From the human T2T-CHM13v2.0 reference genome, Homo sapiens: a DNA stretch of 64,000 nt. Shown one piece after another: positions 1 through 13,889 of the stretch (position 1 is its first letter; every line of letters begins with the position of its first letter). The notes beneath the pieces are model-generated. The model ran no database searches. It had not been told where the DNA came from and saw nothing but the letters and a program-made list of their open reading frames with translations. The stretch lies in NCBI RefSeq assembly GCF_009914755.1, contig NC_060932.1; one strand, 5' to 3'. The translations under genes were made by a program, and so were the position numbers.

Positions 1-1562
1 CCTTTTAATGTGACAACCATGACACCATTTTCCAAAACAGATGGATTAATGTCATTTAAAAAAAATTACTTCACCTAGACAGGTGTTTCCTGTGTATGTT
101 TGACGTGAAATTAAACATAGCTCCAGATGTCCTGTTTGTAGCAAAGCCAGTTAATTTTATTAGAACATTTAATCACAGATCAACAGTGTACTAGAAGGGC
201 AGGGAATGTGAAGCAGAGATTTAACAGGACTTCCTAATGAATTGTGAATTAGTTTATGGAGGGAGATCCAGAAGAATACAGTGCTGCTTATGTGAATCCC
301 ATCGTGTATTGATTTGAGTCTGTTATTTTTCTGGAACTCTGATACTATTCATATTTAAGAGCTTCACTAGAATTGTGAAGCAATGTGTGTGTGTGTTTGT
401 GTATGTTTGAAATTGACAATGCAATAATTACATAGTTACTTAGTGTGAGTAGAATCTTTTTTTTTTTAAAGTCCAAGGTTGTGCTGTTTTGTCAACACTA
501 CTTCTTAGGCATGAGTGAGGCTGGAATTCTCTCATGGGCCTCAAAGTGCATTAGGGTGTCGCTGGAATTCACAGCAAATGCTCTGCCTACCACTCACATA
601 GTCAAGAGACAGCAGCTCAGAGTTCTGTTATGCCAGGTTTAAACATCATTATATGCATAGTTATTTTTCCTCCAAGATTAGCTATAGATTTCCCATTAAT
701 TATAACATCAGGTTGATTCATCATTAATAAAATAAATCTCAGTGAACTGTCACTGATTTCTTGACTAAAATGAAAACAAATGAAGAAAAACCAGTTCCTG
801 TCTTTGTTACACTCTTATAAAATTTGTCTTTGTATCAGCCTGGTCATTTCAGAGGCAGAGCAAAATATTCATAATTTTCTACTTTGAAATATTAGTGTGC
901 CCATATGCACTAATAAAAACTTAAAGCCTTGCTATGATTGATGTTTTTTGTTGGACCATCACCTCATTGTATAGAAGTTTGTTTTAATGAGTTTCTCTAA
1001 TGAATATTTTATATTGCTACTTGGATGAATGGCATATGGTAAATGCAAGGTAAATTACAGCTCTTTAAATAAATATTTTTCATAAATTATTTATTTTGTG
1101 ATGCCTGTATTGGTAAGATGTCATGTCAGATAAAGATTGGAAAGTATTTACTGTAATACTTATTTGTAACTTGAAGAAGTAAAATTTTTTAATTATTAAC
1201 AAGCCTCCAATATATCCATGAAACTTATAGCAAAATTAGCATAAACTCTATCACATTACAAATTTGTGTGGACAGCTTGCATTCTATAGTGCAAAAATAA
1301 GATGATCTCTTATGCCTGTAAAAATTTTTACATAACACTATGAAAATAAAGGAGAAAAACTATTTTTATAAGGATAAAAAGGGAACTTGGTAATAACCAC
1401 ATTTGAATGAAATTTAGTGTTGAGAATTATCCAATCTCTGAATTATATTTTTAAAAGAAGAATAAAATTATTTTAGTGAGTAACCACACAACATTTTCTA
1501 TAGTATTCCTTATTTTCTTTGGGGATATAGTTGAGTGAATGGATTTTTCTCCTAATAAATAT

Positions 1563-1735
1563 TAATAGCTACTATTTATTGACTGCCTTTTAAACATTAT
1601 CTCACTAAATACTCAGGATAACCATAATATTGTGGTTGTATTATTTCTATTTCTACATATAAGAAAATTAAGACTCACATTGCTAGGAAGTAATAAAGAT
1701 TTGAACCCAGCATAGATTGGCTGCAATGTGTATGG
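1563..1735 (-). mobile_element. MIR SINE fragment
   Basis: taatagctactatttattgactgcc...gatttgaacccag resembles the reverse complement of the MIR consensus. Confidence 0.6.
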
Positions 1736-1839
1736 CATTCCAGCTAAATCAACAGGGTCCAAAAATATTTTATCTCCTACAGAACAATTAGATATGGGAA
1801 AAGCAAATATTCACTATTCTTACAGTGTCTTATTATTAA

Positions 1840-2078
1840 TAATAGTAACAGCTAAAACTTAGCAATTACACTGTGGCCGACACTAAGTGCTTTGCCTATA
1901 TCAATTTACTGACTCCTCACAATAATGCTAAGAGATAGATATTATCATTACACTCACTATACAGATAACAAAAATGAGGCACAAATCATTTAGGAAACTT
2001 GCCTAAAGTCACAGAGCTTTTAAGTAGCAGAATTAGCATTCAAACTCAGACATTGTGCCAAAGTCTGTGTTCTTAATA
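1840..2078 (-). mobile_element. MIR SINE, near full length
   Basis: Core acagataacaaaaatgaggcaca...aacttgcctaaagtcacagagc...agtagcagaattagcattcaaactcag matches reverse MIR. Confidence 0.85.
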
Positions 2079-2104
2079 ATAAAGCCTATCATGTTATACT
2101 GAAG

Positions 2105-2236
2105 CATGTTCATGTGTTTATCTCTCCCCTGAAATTACAAGTTCAGGGGAGACAATTATAAATGTGTCTTATGTGTTACCCCTATACATATAACATTGTT
2201 TGGGAAAGAGTAGACACTCAATAAATATTTGTTGGA
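2105..2236 (+). mobile_element. L2 LINE 3' end
   Basis: Ends in agagtagacactcaataaatatttgttgga, the typical L2 terminus. Confidence 0.65.
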
Positions 2237-2698
2237 CTCACCAGTATCTATTGTTTACATATATTTTCAGAATTGATTTTCTCAACATTTTAACTCCAAA
2301 ATGAGAAAAAGTAAGCCAATACTAACAGTTGTGTGCTGAAATTAATCATGTATGGGTCCACCCTTGCTATCCCCAAATTAAATTTTGGGTAAAAAAGAAA
2401 ATATAATTTATACCACTTGCAGTTTGGCTATACTCATTTTCTAATTTATTTATACGTATGTGTTTGTGCAGTCATTGCTTTGTGAGCATTTGAGGTTCTA
2501 TGCTGAATACCTTAAACACATTAGGATAGAGCATATGTGGACCTGGTGCTAACAATTATATTAAGTGAGACAAGAAGTCACATTTGGTCCTTAGAATGCT
2601 ATGCATAACACTAGCTTAAAATAAACATCTTAAAGTAATAAAATATAAAACCATTTTCTTAAAATGGTCAGTAAGGTGAAACATCAATTAAAAATTAA

Positions 2699-2781
2699 AT
2701 TAGTATGATCCATATGAAATTACTAACATTAAATCATTTTTAACCTACAAAAAATGGCAATTTTATGTGGTTCAACCTAAT
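2699..2781 (+). mobile_element. MADE2 (mariner-derived MITE)
   Basis: ~80 bp with degenerate TIRs: catatgaaatt...acctacaaaaaatggcaattttatgtggttcaacctaat. Confidence 0.8.
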
Positions 2782-3049
2782 CGGTAACTGAGTGCCAACT
2801 TTTACACCATACTTGGATTACCAGTTTCAGATTACAACACAGTATTCATGTTATGTTAGACTATGCAAGGTGCAATTTAATCTCTGCTTAGTGATCAAAA
2901 GGGACATGAAGATTTTATAGTAGTTTTAGAGATACCATTACCAAAAATGTACTTTTTAAAAACTATTGTAAGCATACAATTCAACATTTCCAATTATTCT
3001 ACTATTGACCTGATTTTAGAAAATAGAAATTTATGCCACATGTTTTTTA

Positions 3050-3239
3050 CCTTCAAAAATTGTTGTGGGTACATAATAGCTGTACATATGTATGGGGTAC
3101 ATGTGATATTTTGATATAAGCATATAATGCGTAGTGATCAAATCAGGGTAACTGCGACATCTATTACCTCAAATATTTATCATTTCTTTGTATTGGGAAC
3201 ATCCCAAATCCACTCCTCTAGTTATTTTGAAATATACAA
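3050..3239 (-). mobile_element. L1MA-type 3' UTR fragment
   Basis: tatggggtacatgtgatattttgatataagcat...gatcaaatcagggtaa...ctagttattttgaaatatacaa. Confidence 0.85.
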
Positions 3240-5297
3240 GCTGCATGTTTTTTAGTATTAATGCATAGACTACTCCCTGCAAGAGCTGAAGTTTTACCTT
3301 TTATTGTCTGCAAGTTAATTCATAAACCCAAATGTAAGCACCAGCAATCAAAAACATGTAGTTGGCAACATATCTTGGAACATATTGATTCTAAAATATC
3401 TAGAGAAACACAAAGAATTCATCCATATGTTGCTATTTTTTTCTCAATTCTGACAGATGGCATACTTGAGAATAAATAAAAACAAATGCCTAAAATCAGA
3501 AGAGTTCTTATATCTTAATTGCAGCTAACAATATAAATGTAAAATATTAATTTATTTAGATTTAAATTGAGATGCAAGGAAAATACAACGGATTGTCACT
3601 GATTATGAAAAGTGGGGGAAACAAGCAAAGTGAAGGTTGCAGCACTTTAAGATTCACATTTACCTTCCCCTTCAATGGAAAATATGTCAATAGTTTTGTG
3701 TTGGACTCAGACTAGCCACTCTGGTAAGTCATGTTTGAAAAGCTTCATTGAGATGCCACTTCCACTTCTCTGAAAACAACTTTGTAAAATACTTTTGCCT
3801 TCTATGCTATTTATTACCAGAGATTTTTTATTTCTCTTACCAAATTTTTATTTAATATTATTTTATTGTCCCAATGATCACATACTAAGATAAAATATAC
3901 ATAAATATAATGACTAGCAAAGCAATTGATATTTGTGTATTATGTGAGCCCTACTTGAGAGGTAGGACATTTTTCAAATGACTTGAAAATGTTTTAAAAT
4001 GATTATTTCTAATAACTATGTTGAAAGTGTTGGTACCCATTACACATAAACAGACGAAGATGAACTCCGAAAGTAGCAACTGGAAAACCAAATACAGCCT
4101 ATATGCTTGTGAAAGCAGGCAGAAAGGCTATCAAACAGGGCAGAAATAAGGAGTAACTACTGCCAAGATCTCTCACCCTTTCAACCTGTTCTTTCTTTCC
4201 AGAACCACAATCAGCCCTTCCCTTCTTGCCACATTAGAAACTGAAAGAGAAAATGTTGGCAGACTACAGTGAACAGAGGTGGCATCTGTGCTCAGTGAGG
4301 AGGGAGGGAAGTGGTATCTGTGGTCAACACTGCCTCTATCTGAGGCATCACTGAATTCTGAGTCCATAGGGTTGGCTGCAGCAATTTACTGCTTTGAACA
4401 GGAGTGCAGGGGTTTGGGGCTTGCAGGAAATAACCATAAGAATGAACATACATATTCTATATGATATCACAGGCATTATTATATTATCTATACCTTATAT
4501 TGTATATACTATCACAGACATATATTACACATATAGAGAATATATATTTTTATGAGTGAATAATATATATTACACATAATAGAAATAAATATATTAATGC
4601 TAAGTGACCAAAGATCCAAATTTTGGAAATTAAAACGTATGGTTTATTCCATAGACTAGATGGATTGGGGATGTCAAAATAAGTGCTTAAGTAAAAGTGC
4701 TTAATATCAAATAAAACTGACTTTCTGTAAGTCATCCATATTTACCAAGGAACAGATTATTTGTCTAAATTCCTGGAGTAATACCATGGAATTAATATAT
4801 AAGTACCTTCTCAGAAATTTTACGACTTATTTTTTCCAACATCACTACATAACAAAATAAGCTTTATTTTATAAGTAGAAAATTCTAGCTTGAGACATTT
4901 TATATCTTTCAAAAGCAGCCATGGACAAACACGTGGTAAATCTTTGGGAGGGGAGAAGATGGAGAAGGATGTAAATCAAAGCACTTTGACAATCACTGTC
5001 TTCAGACTTTCTAAATTATAGTGGTAACTCAATTGTTGAGAGGAGTGGGCAATAAAGAAATTACCTGGGAACTCTTCTCAAATTATAGGCATGCTGCCAT
5101 TGTCCACATCCTCCCACATCATTCCCCCAGGAAAATATTGTTAATAAAAAGTATGTCACACATCACCCAGGTGTTTGCTGGGGGCTGGGGGTGTAGGGAA
5201 CAGGGTAGTAGCTATTGAGAAACCCCAGCAAATCACACTGCAATTCCAAAGACTGTGATTTGCAGGTAAAGGCCATCTTGAAACTTAAACTCTAGGG

Positions 5298-5533
5298 CAG
5301 GGCTTCCTAACCTTGCACTACTGACATTTTAGATGGAATAATTTGTTGTTGTAGGGAGCTGTCCTGTGTGTTGTAAGCTATTTAGCAACATCCCAGCCTT
5401 CCACCCTCTAGACGCCAGTAGCCCCCTGCCCTCCGCACACAGTCAAGACAATAAAAAATGTCTCCAGACATTGCCAATGTTCTGCTTGGGGGTGTGGGGT
5501 GAGGAAGGGATTGCCCTCTGTTGGGAATCACTG
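5298..5533 (-). mobile_element. MER20 (hAT-Charlie DNA transposon), full length
   Basis: Termini cagggcttcctaacc and ttgggaatcactg; internal aaaatgtctccagacattgccaatg. Confidence 0.9.
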
Positions 5534-6197
5534 AGCTGAAAGTATGTGTGGTATAAACAGGGAGAGAAGTGTTGATTTAAATCAAGCAGGAGACATCTTA
5601 ATAAGATATATATTCATCACAATTGTGAACAAGATAATAATTGGGGTGTCATATTCAGGAATAAAAGGTTTAAAAAAAACAGCAGCAGTGTATTTTGTCA
5701 GTATTGGAAAAAAGCAAGTAAACATAGCTGTGTTATGGTCTACAGTAACTTTGAGAAAAAGGCGCTATTTGTAGGACACAAAATTTTCCCTCTTGGGAAG
5801 GAGAGGAGTGCCAACATTTCCCTGAAGAACATGCTGTTTGTCAATTAAAAAGTTAAAATTTGCGAAGTCTTTTTTCCCAGCAAAATAGGCTTTATGAAGA
5901 TATATATCGTCTTTGTGTGGAAACGGATCCCCTTATTGAAAACAGACTTGTCATCACAAGGTACTGGGTCACCGTAAGTTTTTAATGGACCTAGATCTGC
6001 AAAGATTGTCAGCCACATTGTGCTCCTTTGCATAATTTCCTTATATTTACTATAAAAAATAAAGTATTAATAATTCATTAAAAATTACTTGTAGAAAATA
6101 TAAATATGAAACAATGCACAATTTAACTAGAAATTAACAAAATAAAACATAAACACCATTAAGATCTGATTTTCACCAGCTGTTAGATTAGAAAATA

Positions 6198-6381
6198 CCA
6201 TATTTTATTGAATCTAAGGTACTTTCAATTAAAAGACATAATCATGATTTTATGTCATGGAGAAAGTAAACATGCTGCCAATTAAACTATTACATGTCAT
6301 TGGTTATAAGACATATTCAAATTTTGGAGCTGCTAAAAATGGGGGAAAAAAAGAAGTGCATCTGAGAATCAGTGAAATCTA
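6198..6381 (-). mobile_element. MER104 (Tc2-like DNA transposon)
   Basis: ccatattttattgaatctaag...gctgccaattaaactat...gtgcatctgagaatcagtgaaat; degenerate TIRs. Confidence 0.75.
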
Positions 6382-6399
6382 CACTTGTAAAATTGAAAC

Positions 6400-6620
6400 A
6401 GTCCAATGTTGTCAAGAGTGTGGGAAATAGACTTTCTCCTACAATTTTTGTGGCATTGTAAATTGGTACAGGTTTTTGAAACGAAATATGGTTTACCTTA
6501 TTACCTAGCATTCACATATCCAGGAATCTATCCTACAAAAATGAATATAAACATATGTAACAAAACTGCACGTTCTGCATATGTAACTCAGAACTTAAAG
6601 TATAATTTTTTTAAAAAAGA
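6400..6620 (+). mobile_element. Old L1M fragment followed by a ~65 bp L1PA 3' tip
   Basis: tgtaaattggtaca motif, then atatgtaacaaaactgcacgttctgcatatgtaactcagaacttaaagtataat (L1PA extreme 3' end). Confidence 0.6.
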
Positions 6621-6653
6621 TATAAGAGATAAAGAAAATGAAGCATTACATAA

Positions 6654-7047
<394 letters not shown>

Positions 7048-7083
7048 TAACATACACTAAATTCTAATTTTAAGCAGTCATTA

Positions 7084-7403
<320 letters not shown>

Positions 7404-8079
7404 AAGGTGGATGCAAACATATAACTTTGGGAAAACGTTATCAATGTTAAACATAAGCAAGGAATAGAAAAGGGATATCACAAAATTCCAATTTTTTTGT
7501 AAAGACAATTTTTAAAACCATCTAATTTTACAGTTGTTACTTTTAGAAGATTGAAGGAAAGACATTTACTTTTTACTCATATGCTTCTCTATTTTAAAAA
7601 ATATGTTAATTTTATGACAATAAGTATAAAGAAAGTCAAGTGCAAGAGGAGGGGCAGAAGAGTGAGTATAGTATGCTACCATTTATCTAAGTAGGTGATC
7701 ATCTATACACATATATGCTGTGTAATTGTGGAGCATCTCTTGAAGGAACTCAGAATGTAGTAATAATGCTGGCCATTGTGCTGGAAAAATAGGACGATTA
7801 GAAAACAGCAGTAAAAATGAGATTGTTTTGTACATATTTTAATATACTTTTTAACATTTTTACTGTTTACATCCATTACCTACTTAAAAACAAAACAAAT
7901 AAAAATTTTAAATATTTTTCATTTTATTTTAAAATGTGTTTACTTATCACCTGTCATTTATATGTCTAGTTATATAACTTCAGATATTTTAATGCTTGCT
8001 CTTCCGTCTGGAGTTTATACGGTTGGAGAAGAACACAGAAGTTATAAACAAATTTAGCGAGAGCAAATGTTGCAATGTC

Positions 8080-8455
8080 TAGACTCTAGCACCTGGGTTG
8101 CAATCCATTAACATTTTTCATCCGTGTGACCTAGGGCAAGTCATTTTCTATGTGCCAGATACTGCTTTAAACATTTCACATATACTAACTTTTCTTAGTC
8201 CTTATTACAATGGTCAGTCTTGTTATTATCGTGATTTTAAAGATGAGGAAACAGAGGCACTACCAGAAATCAAAGTATCCCACACCATAGTGTAAGAAAA
8301 CCTGGAGATGTGAGGTGAAGAAAGCAAGTGCTATTTCCATCTGGAATGGTTCCTAGTCCATGGAGACTCTGGCTTATCTTATCCTCTATGAAGGAAGATC
8401 TGAGCCTCGGTGTGTGGTAGGGATTGAGTAAGTGTGTTGAATAAGTGCCTGCCAA
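8080..8455. mobile_element. Cluster of MIR fragments in both orientations
   Basis: tgtgacctagggcaagtca (+), ttttaaagatgaggaaacagaggca (-), MIR 3'-like piece (+). Confidence 0.6.
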
Positions 8456-8749
8456 GGGCCCAGTTTTACCCAGAACCTGAAGGAAAGGACAAGATTTAAG
8501 AGAGTGGCTAATATCTGAACAACTAGACTTGATTTAGGTCTATGGTTGTTTCAGGAAGTATCTCAGCACCTGTTTTATTAACTGAGGATAGATGACCTCA
8601 TTGATGTATATGGGCCAAAGTCCTGGGGCTGTGGAACTGGTAGAGGTGGGAGAATCCATTTATCTTCTAAAAAAGTTTGTTTCAATCCAAGCTCCTGATT
8701 GTGTTGTTTTAAGCATTTTGGTTGCATCATTAGCAAGTAAAGACCACTT

Positions 8750-8930
8750 GCATTCATTTGGCAGCTTCATTAGTCTTCCAATAATTCTTCGAGATACAAT
8801 TTGTTATTCCAGTGTAGATGCCCATAAACCTAAAACACTGAGAGATTAACTAAGTTCCCCAAGGCCACATAGCTAGTAAGACTCAGCACAAAGATTCGAA
8901 CCTTCATCTACCTGGCTACAAAGCCAGTGC
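8750..8930 (-). mobile_element. MIR fragment
   Basis: cccaaggccacatagctagtaag...agattcgaacc. Confidence 0.7.
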
Positions 8931-9009
8931 ATCTGTGCAGAATCACGTGACCCAGGAATGCTAATCCAACTCCTAAGGTGCCTCACGTGGTTCCCAGATT
9001 ACAGCTAGA

Positions 9010-9130
9010 GTGGGTTATATCTAGATCATCTAGGACATGTATTAATGCAGATTCCAAGCCTCATCTCAAAATTGCTGAATCAATCTTCCTGGGACTGAGG
9101 CCCATAATCCTTATTTACACCAAGCTGCGC
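9010..9130. mobile_element. MER5-type fragment
   Basis: aatgcagattccaagcctcatctc...ctgaatcaatct...gaggcccataatc. Confidence 0.5.
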
Positions 9131-11077
9131 TCCACAGGCATAAACTACTAAAATGACTACAACTTCCAGAAAAATATTATTATTTTCTCATAGTTTATAT
9201 TTATTAATGGTACATATACATAACGTTTTATATGCACACATAAAATTACGAGTATATATGTTATACTTACTTAACTATATTCCATAATTATAATTACAAG
9301 TATAGAAAAATTATGTCTAATTGTACTTTTTAAACAAGAATTATAGAATTTGTGTATTATATCAGGTAGATAGGTTCATTTTGCAGCATATCAAAAACTT
9401 ATTAGACAATACAATATATTAAGAAAAAGTAAAAATAACATTTTAAGTGGAAATGTTTGTATTTTATTCTGCACTGCTTTGTATATTCCTATGATGGACC
9501 AGGAAAATGCAGAGGTGATTTACCATGTAGCCACAGCGTGGTCATTTGAGTATCTTTATTTCCACCAATCAGTTAAAATATTATGCGAACAGTACTTTGA
9601 AAAATAATCTGTAAACACTGAAATACATATCATGCCTTAACAAATACCAAATTTCCTCTTTAGAATGCTGCTTGATAGGCCTTGCAGAGACCTGCATACT
9701 TCCCTCTGAAAGCTTTACATTGGTTCGGCAACAGCCCCTCAAATCTATAGCTGAGCTTTGTGCATGTCAAATTCAAAGTATCACTGCAAATTAGATAATT
9801 GCATTGAGTGGCCATAAATTGTGCATTTTTGAAAAACCTGTTTTTTTTAAGAGTATTTTGAGTCCAACAGCTCCCTTTAATGCCTCTGGATAGTATTTTC
9901 AGAACTCATTTGTTTGAGGGGTTTTTAATCTGAGGACATTGAAAAGTTACACCCGCTGTGCTGTCGTCAATCACGCCAGGAGGAAAAATAGTGGCATGAT
10001 TTGTTATCTGTTATTCCCCTTGCTGTGGTGACTGTCTCCCAGTGCCAGCTCTGTCCTTAAGGCCATCACTTATAGGGACCACTGTCTGTCAAAACCACAG
10101 CCAACTTTGAGGGCTGCCTTTGTTGGAGCAGACAAATGAGTATGACCTTTAACAATAAAATAGGCACCTACTGAGAAAGATGAAACAGCAGCTGAAATTA
10201 AGAACACCATATAGCCATTTCAAACACTTGAGAAAAGTTAGAAGTAGAACTAAAACTTAATTATAAAAGTAAATGTGGGTAGACGTTGTCAATAATGAAA
10301 CAGACATGGTCAGAATTATCGATTTGACGTCTGGACTAAAACTTCATCCAGGAATCATTCTACCTTTCATTAATTATAAATGGTATTGATGGGGTTTATT
10401 TAAAAGGGGGTGGGGGATTAAATTATGATAGCTAAAGATTTATCAAGTGGTGATTTTTTCCAGTGGATGCAAGAGATGTGCAATTTGTTTATGAATATTC
10501 TAGAAGGGTATAGAAAAAAATGAGAATACATGAAATCTTTGATTTACACTAATAGCTACTTCAAACAATTTGAAGCAAAGTGCTTCTGCCTGGATTGGTA
10601 GTGGCTGTGAACTGGCCATTGATATTTTGTAGTGTTTCAGAGCTTAGTGTAAGCATTCCAGGCATTGCATTGTAAAGACCACAGCACAGTTTGTGGTTTG
10701 AAAGGCTCTTGTAACCCAACCTGGCAAGTGGTCAGTGGAGACTACATGTCACCGAGAACACAAATCAATCTTATTGAGCACTTTTCAAGTAATATAATAT
10801 TCTGCCTGTGACAATAATGAAATTAGTCTATGGATTTTTTTGTATATTGAAATGTCATTTAAATATTTGATGAAATACAGTACTTTATAAATATGCACAT
10901 TGTGCAAGTTTTATAATAATAATTTCATTGACTTTTATAGACAAATCATTGAGAATAATTTCAGAAAATCCCTCTTATTCAAAATTAGTTATATTTGTTA
11001 ATTCAGCAATACAGTGTATATGTTTGAAGTAGTTAAAGAGTTCATGGATTTCCCACCTACGATTCTATCAGCTCTTC

Positions 11078-11472
11078 TGTAGTATACATTTAGGTTACTC
11101 ACCTGTGTTTCCAGTTCTTCTCTTCCTTCAGTTTATGGTGGGGGTGGAAGGGAGTGGTCACTGAACTTCCCCATCCCCTTGATATTCTTCGGCCAATGAA
11201 ACGTGAGTGGAAGTGATGTATTATTTCCAGGTAGATGCATTCATGTATCCGTGGGAGACTCCAAGCTGTCTCTTCCCTTACTATGGAGATAAACGAGAAA
11301 ACCTATGTTGAGATTTTGGGTAACTTGGATCACTAAGAATGGAAGATAGATGCCTGCAGGGTCCCCAGGGCTTCTGTGAAGGAGAAATAAACAAAGTATG
11401 TTCAAATACATTGAGATTTGGCAGTTGCTTGTTACTACAGCATAAATAATCTTGCTCATCCTGACTAATATA
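11078..11472 (+). mobile_element. MLT1J-like MaLR solo LTR
   Basis: ggccaatgaaacgtgagtggaagtgatg; agaaataaac; ttgttactacagcataa...cctgactaata terminus. Confidence 0.85.
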
Positions 11473-13853
11473 TTCTAAGTGTTTTTTTAAAATTTCTAAG
11501 TTACCAAAATGCAATGATATCATGACTTCTCCTATATGATCTATTTGCATATGTACATATGTGCGTGTGATTATTTTAACATGAGATATTAGATCCTGTG
11601 TGTAACTTTTCTACATTCCTGACAACTATGTTCCTAGCATCATTTATGTGTGTACTTTATGAGTTTAACTTGAGTTGGTTCACCCCGTAACTCTTCTAGC
11701 CCAAAATACAATCACAATACTTTTCAAAAAAGAAAGGATCTAAGGTCTGGGTTCTAATCCTAGAATTGGCTGCACCTGTAATAAGTCCAGGGCTCACAAT
11801 ATAACCTTGAGTACAGAGGTGTACATCATCAAAAGTCCATAGAATTTTTTTATAATCAAAAGCCTACACCAATGTAAAAGCCCAAGTTTTTAATAGGTTT
11901 GGAGTTTCAATTGTAACCGCACTCTGAAGTGGTTATCCTTTCAGCGTAGGGTTAAAAAGCTTTGACAAAGCACTGCAGGGAACATTGGATTGCCCTCACC
12001 TACATTGTACCTAGCTTGGGATGGATAAATACAGTCTTATTCTCTAATGTTCCCAACTGTCTCTAGGAACACTAAATTTTAAGAGAGAAAAACATGAATC
12101 CTGTATTTCAAGAGAGGTGGAACTAAGCCATTGTTAACTCCCCTTAAAAAGGATATTCAGTGGCTAGTTCAGATTGCCCCTGAGACACCTAAAGCTGCAT
12201 TAAGTACTTGTGAAAGTGAAAATCCACTGGGAACCCAATTCCGGTGTTTAAACCTCAGCATGAATAGTAGAGTTCCTAGCAGGGTGCACTTTTACATGTC
12301 TTTATAAGCAGATTCAAAACTTACTGTATGCAGTCAGGCTACACTATTTCTATTAACTTAACGCTGACCATAGTCTTCAGTAAAATGAGCAATCCAAATC
12401 TCAAACATTATGTTATCTTTATAAAATTAGAGAGAAAAGGCTGATGAGTATCTGAAAATCCAGAATCTATACATTATATATCATTTAGTTAATATTTGAA
12501 CAATAAAATATTAAAGAGTTAAGCACATAAAATCTCTAGGTTCCTATCTTCCTCCCAAATATGGCATAATATAAATCCTCCAAATTTATTTTAAAATACA
12601 TTGACATTGGATTTTGAGCAGATCATTTATATTTTTAATAAATACTTCCCTCAGATAGGTACTTTATAAATGTACAACTTGATAGAATTGTATACAATGT
12701 ATAAATAACCATTTGGTAGCATAAAAAGGTTCAGAATTTACTTAGAATGTAATATATAAAATATGGGACTACATAATTTTAAGTTAATAGTATAGATGCA
12801 CATATATTTATTTTAAAACTCCTGTCTAAATGTAACCAAACTTTGAAGATTTGAATTATTTCCCCTGAAAAGTAAAAAGACTTAAGCATCCTTCCTTAAT
12901 GCCATACTTGTTCTCCATATTGTAAGCTTATATTTGAACAATCTAACAACTATTTTACTAGCAACTACTGAGAAATTTGCATTTCATTCAATATCGCTTA
13001 GCAAATGTGTGTTCTGCTTTAAAGTCAGTTTTAAACACAGCATCTTGATTGCTATTTGACAGTAGAAGGCCAATCACGAGATATTTTAGATCCTATTAAA
13101 ATTTTTCGGGTCAAGCACAGGTGATGGAAAAATAATCACTACAGGATCTTTATTGTGTATGATGGGAGCACAAATAAACTTTGCATCCCTACTCCCAAGT
13201 TGTTCAGATTTGATTGAAACCTAACGGGTGAGCTTATGTGTTGATTTTCACATGTAAGCAAAGAGGTAAAATAACCCCAGCTCATTAAACGTACCAGTGT
13301 GGTGGATGACTTGGCATCTTTTATCTTCTGAAAATAAAATTAGCTAAATGTTAGACATATGGTAGGGTTGTTAATGGGAGAACAGCACAACTAGATGTGC
13401 CCACCCTATAGGCCCCGTTTCTTAACTATTCAAGACTCTACACATTGATTCTTACACTTCAACATTTCCCACTTGCTGAAGGGACATTTGCTTTTAACCA
13501 GGGTCTTGAACACCTTCCTTTATTTTCTAATAGTCACACCACTTTCAAAGTTTGGTAAATGCTTACTAAATTTGTTGTTTGGACACAAAAATTCTTTTTT
13601 GGAAAAAAGGTTCTATAAAAACTTTATGAATGGAAGTAATTTATAGCTTGTGTGTGAAAGATAAATGCTATGAATCTACATTTCACATCTAGCCATTAAG
13701 GATACTAGGTTTGGATTTGATTTTTTAATGTACTATCAAAAAAATAACAAAAACTGCCCATTTATATAAAAATGAATGATTGAGATCATTGTCCCACAGT
13801 GACCATATTCAGGGAACGCTTCCTCTCTCCCTAAAGTGTTCCTACATTTTTGT

Positions 13854-13854
<1 letters not shown>

Positions 13855-13885
<31 letters not shown>
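13855..13885. repeat. (GT)15 microsatellite
   Basis: Read directly. Confidence 0.95.
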
Positions 13886-13889
<4 letters not shown>

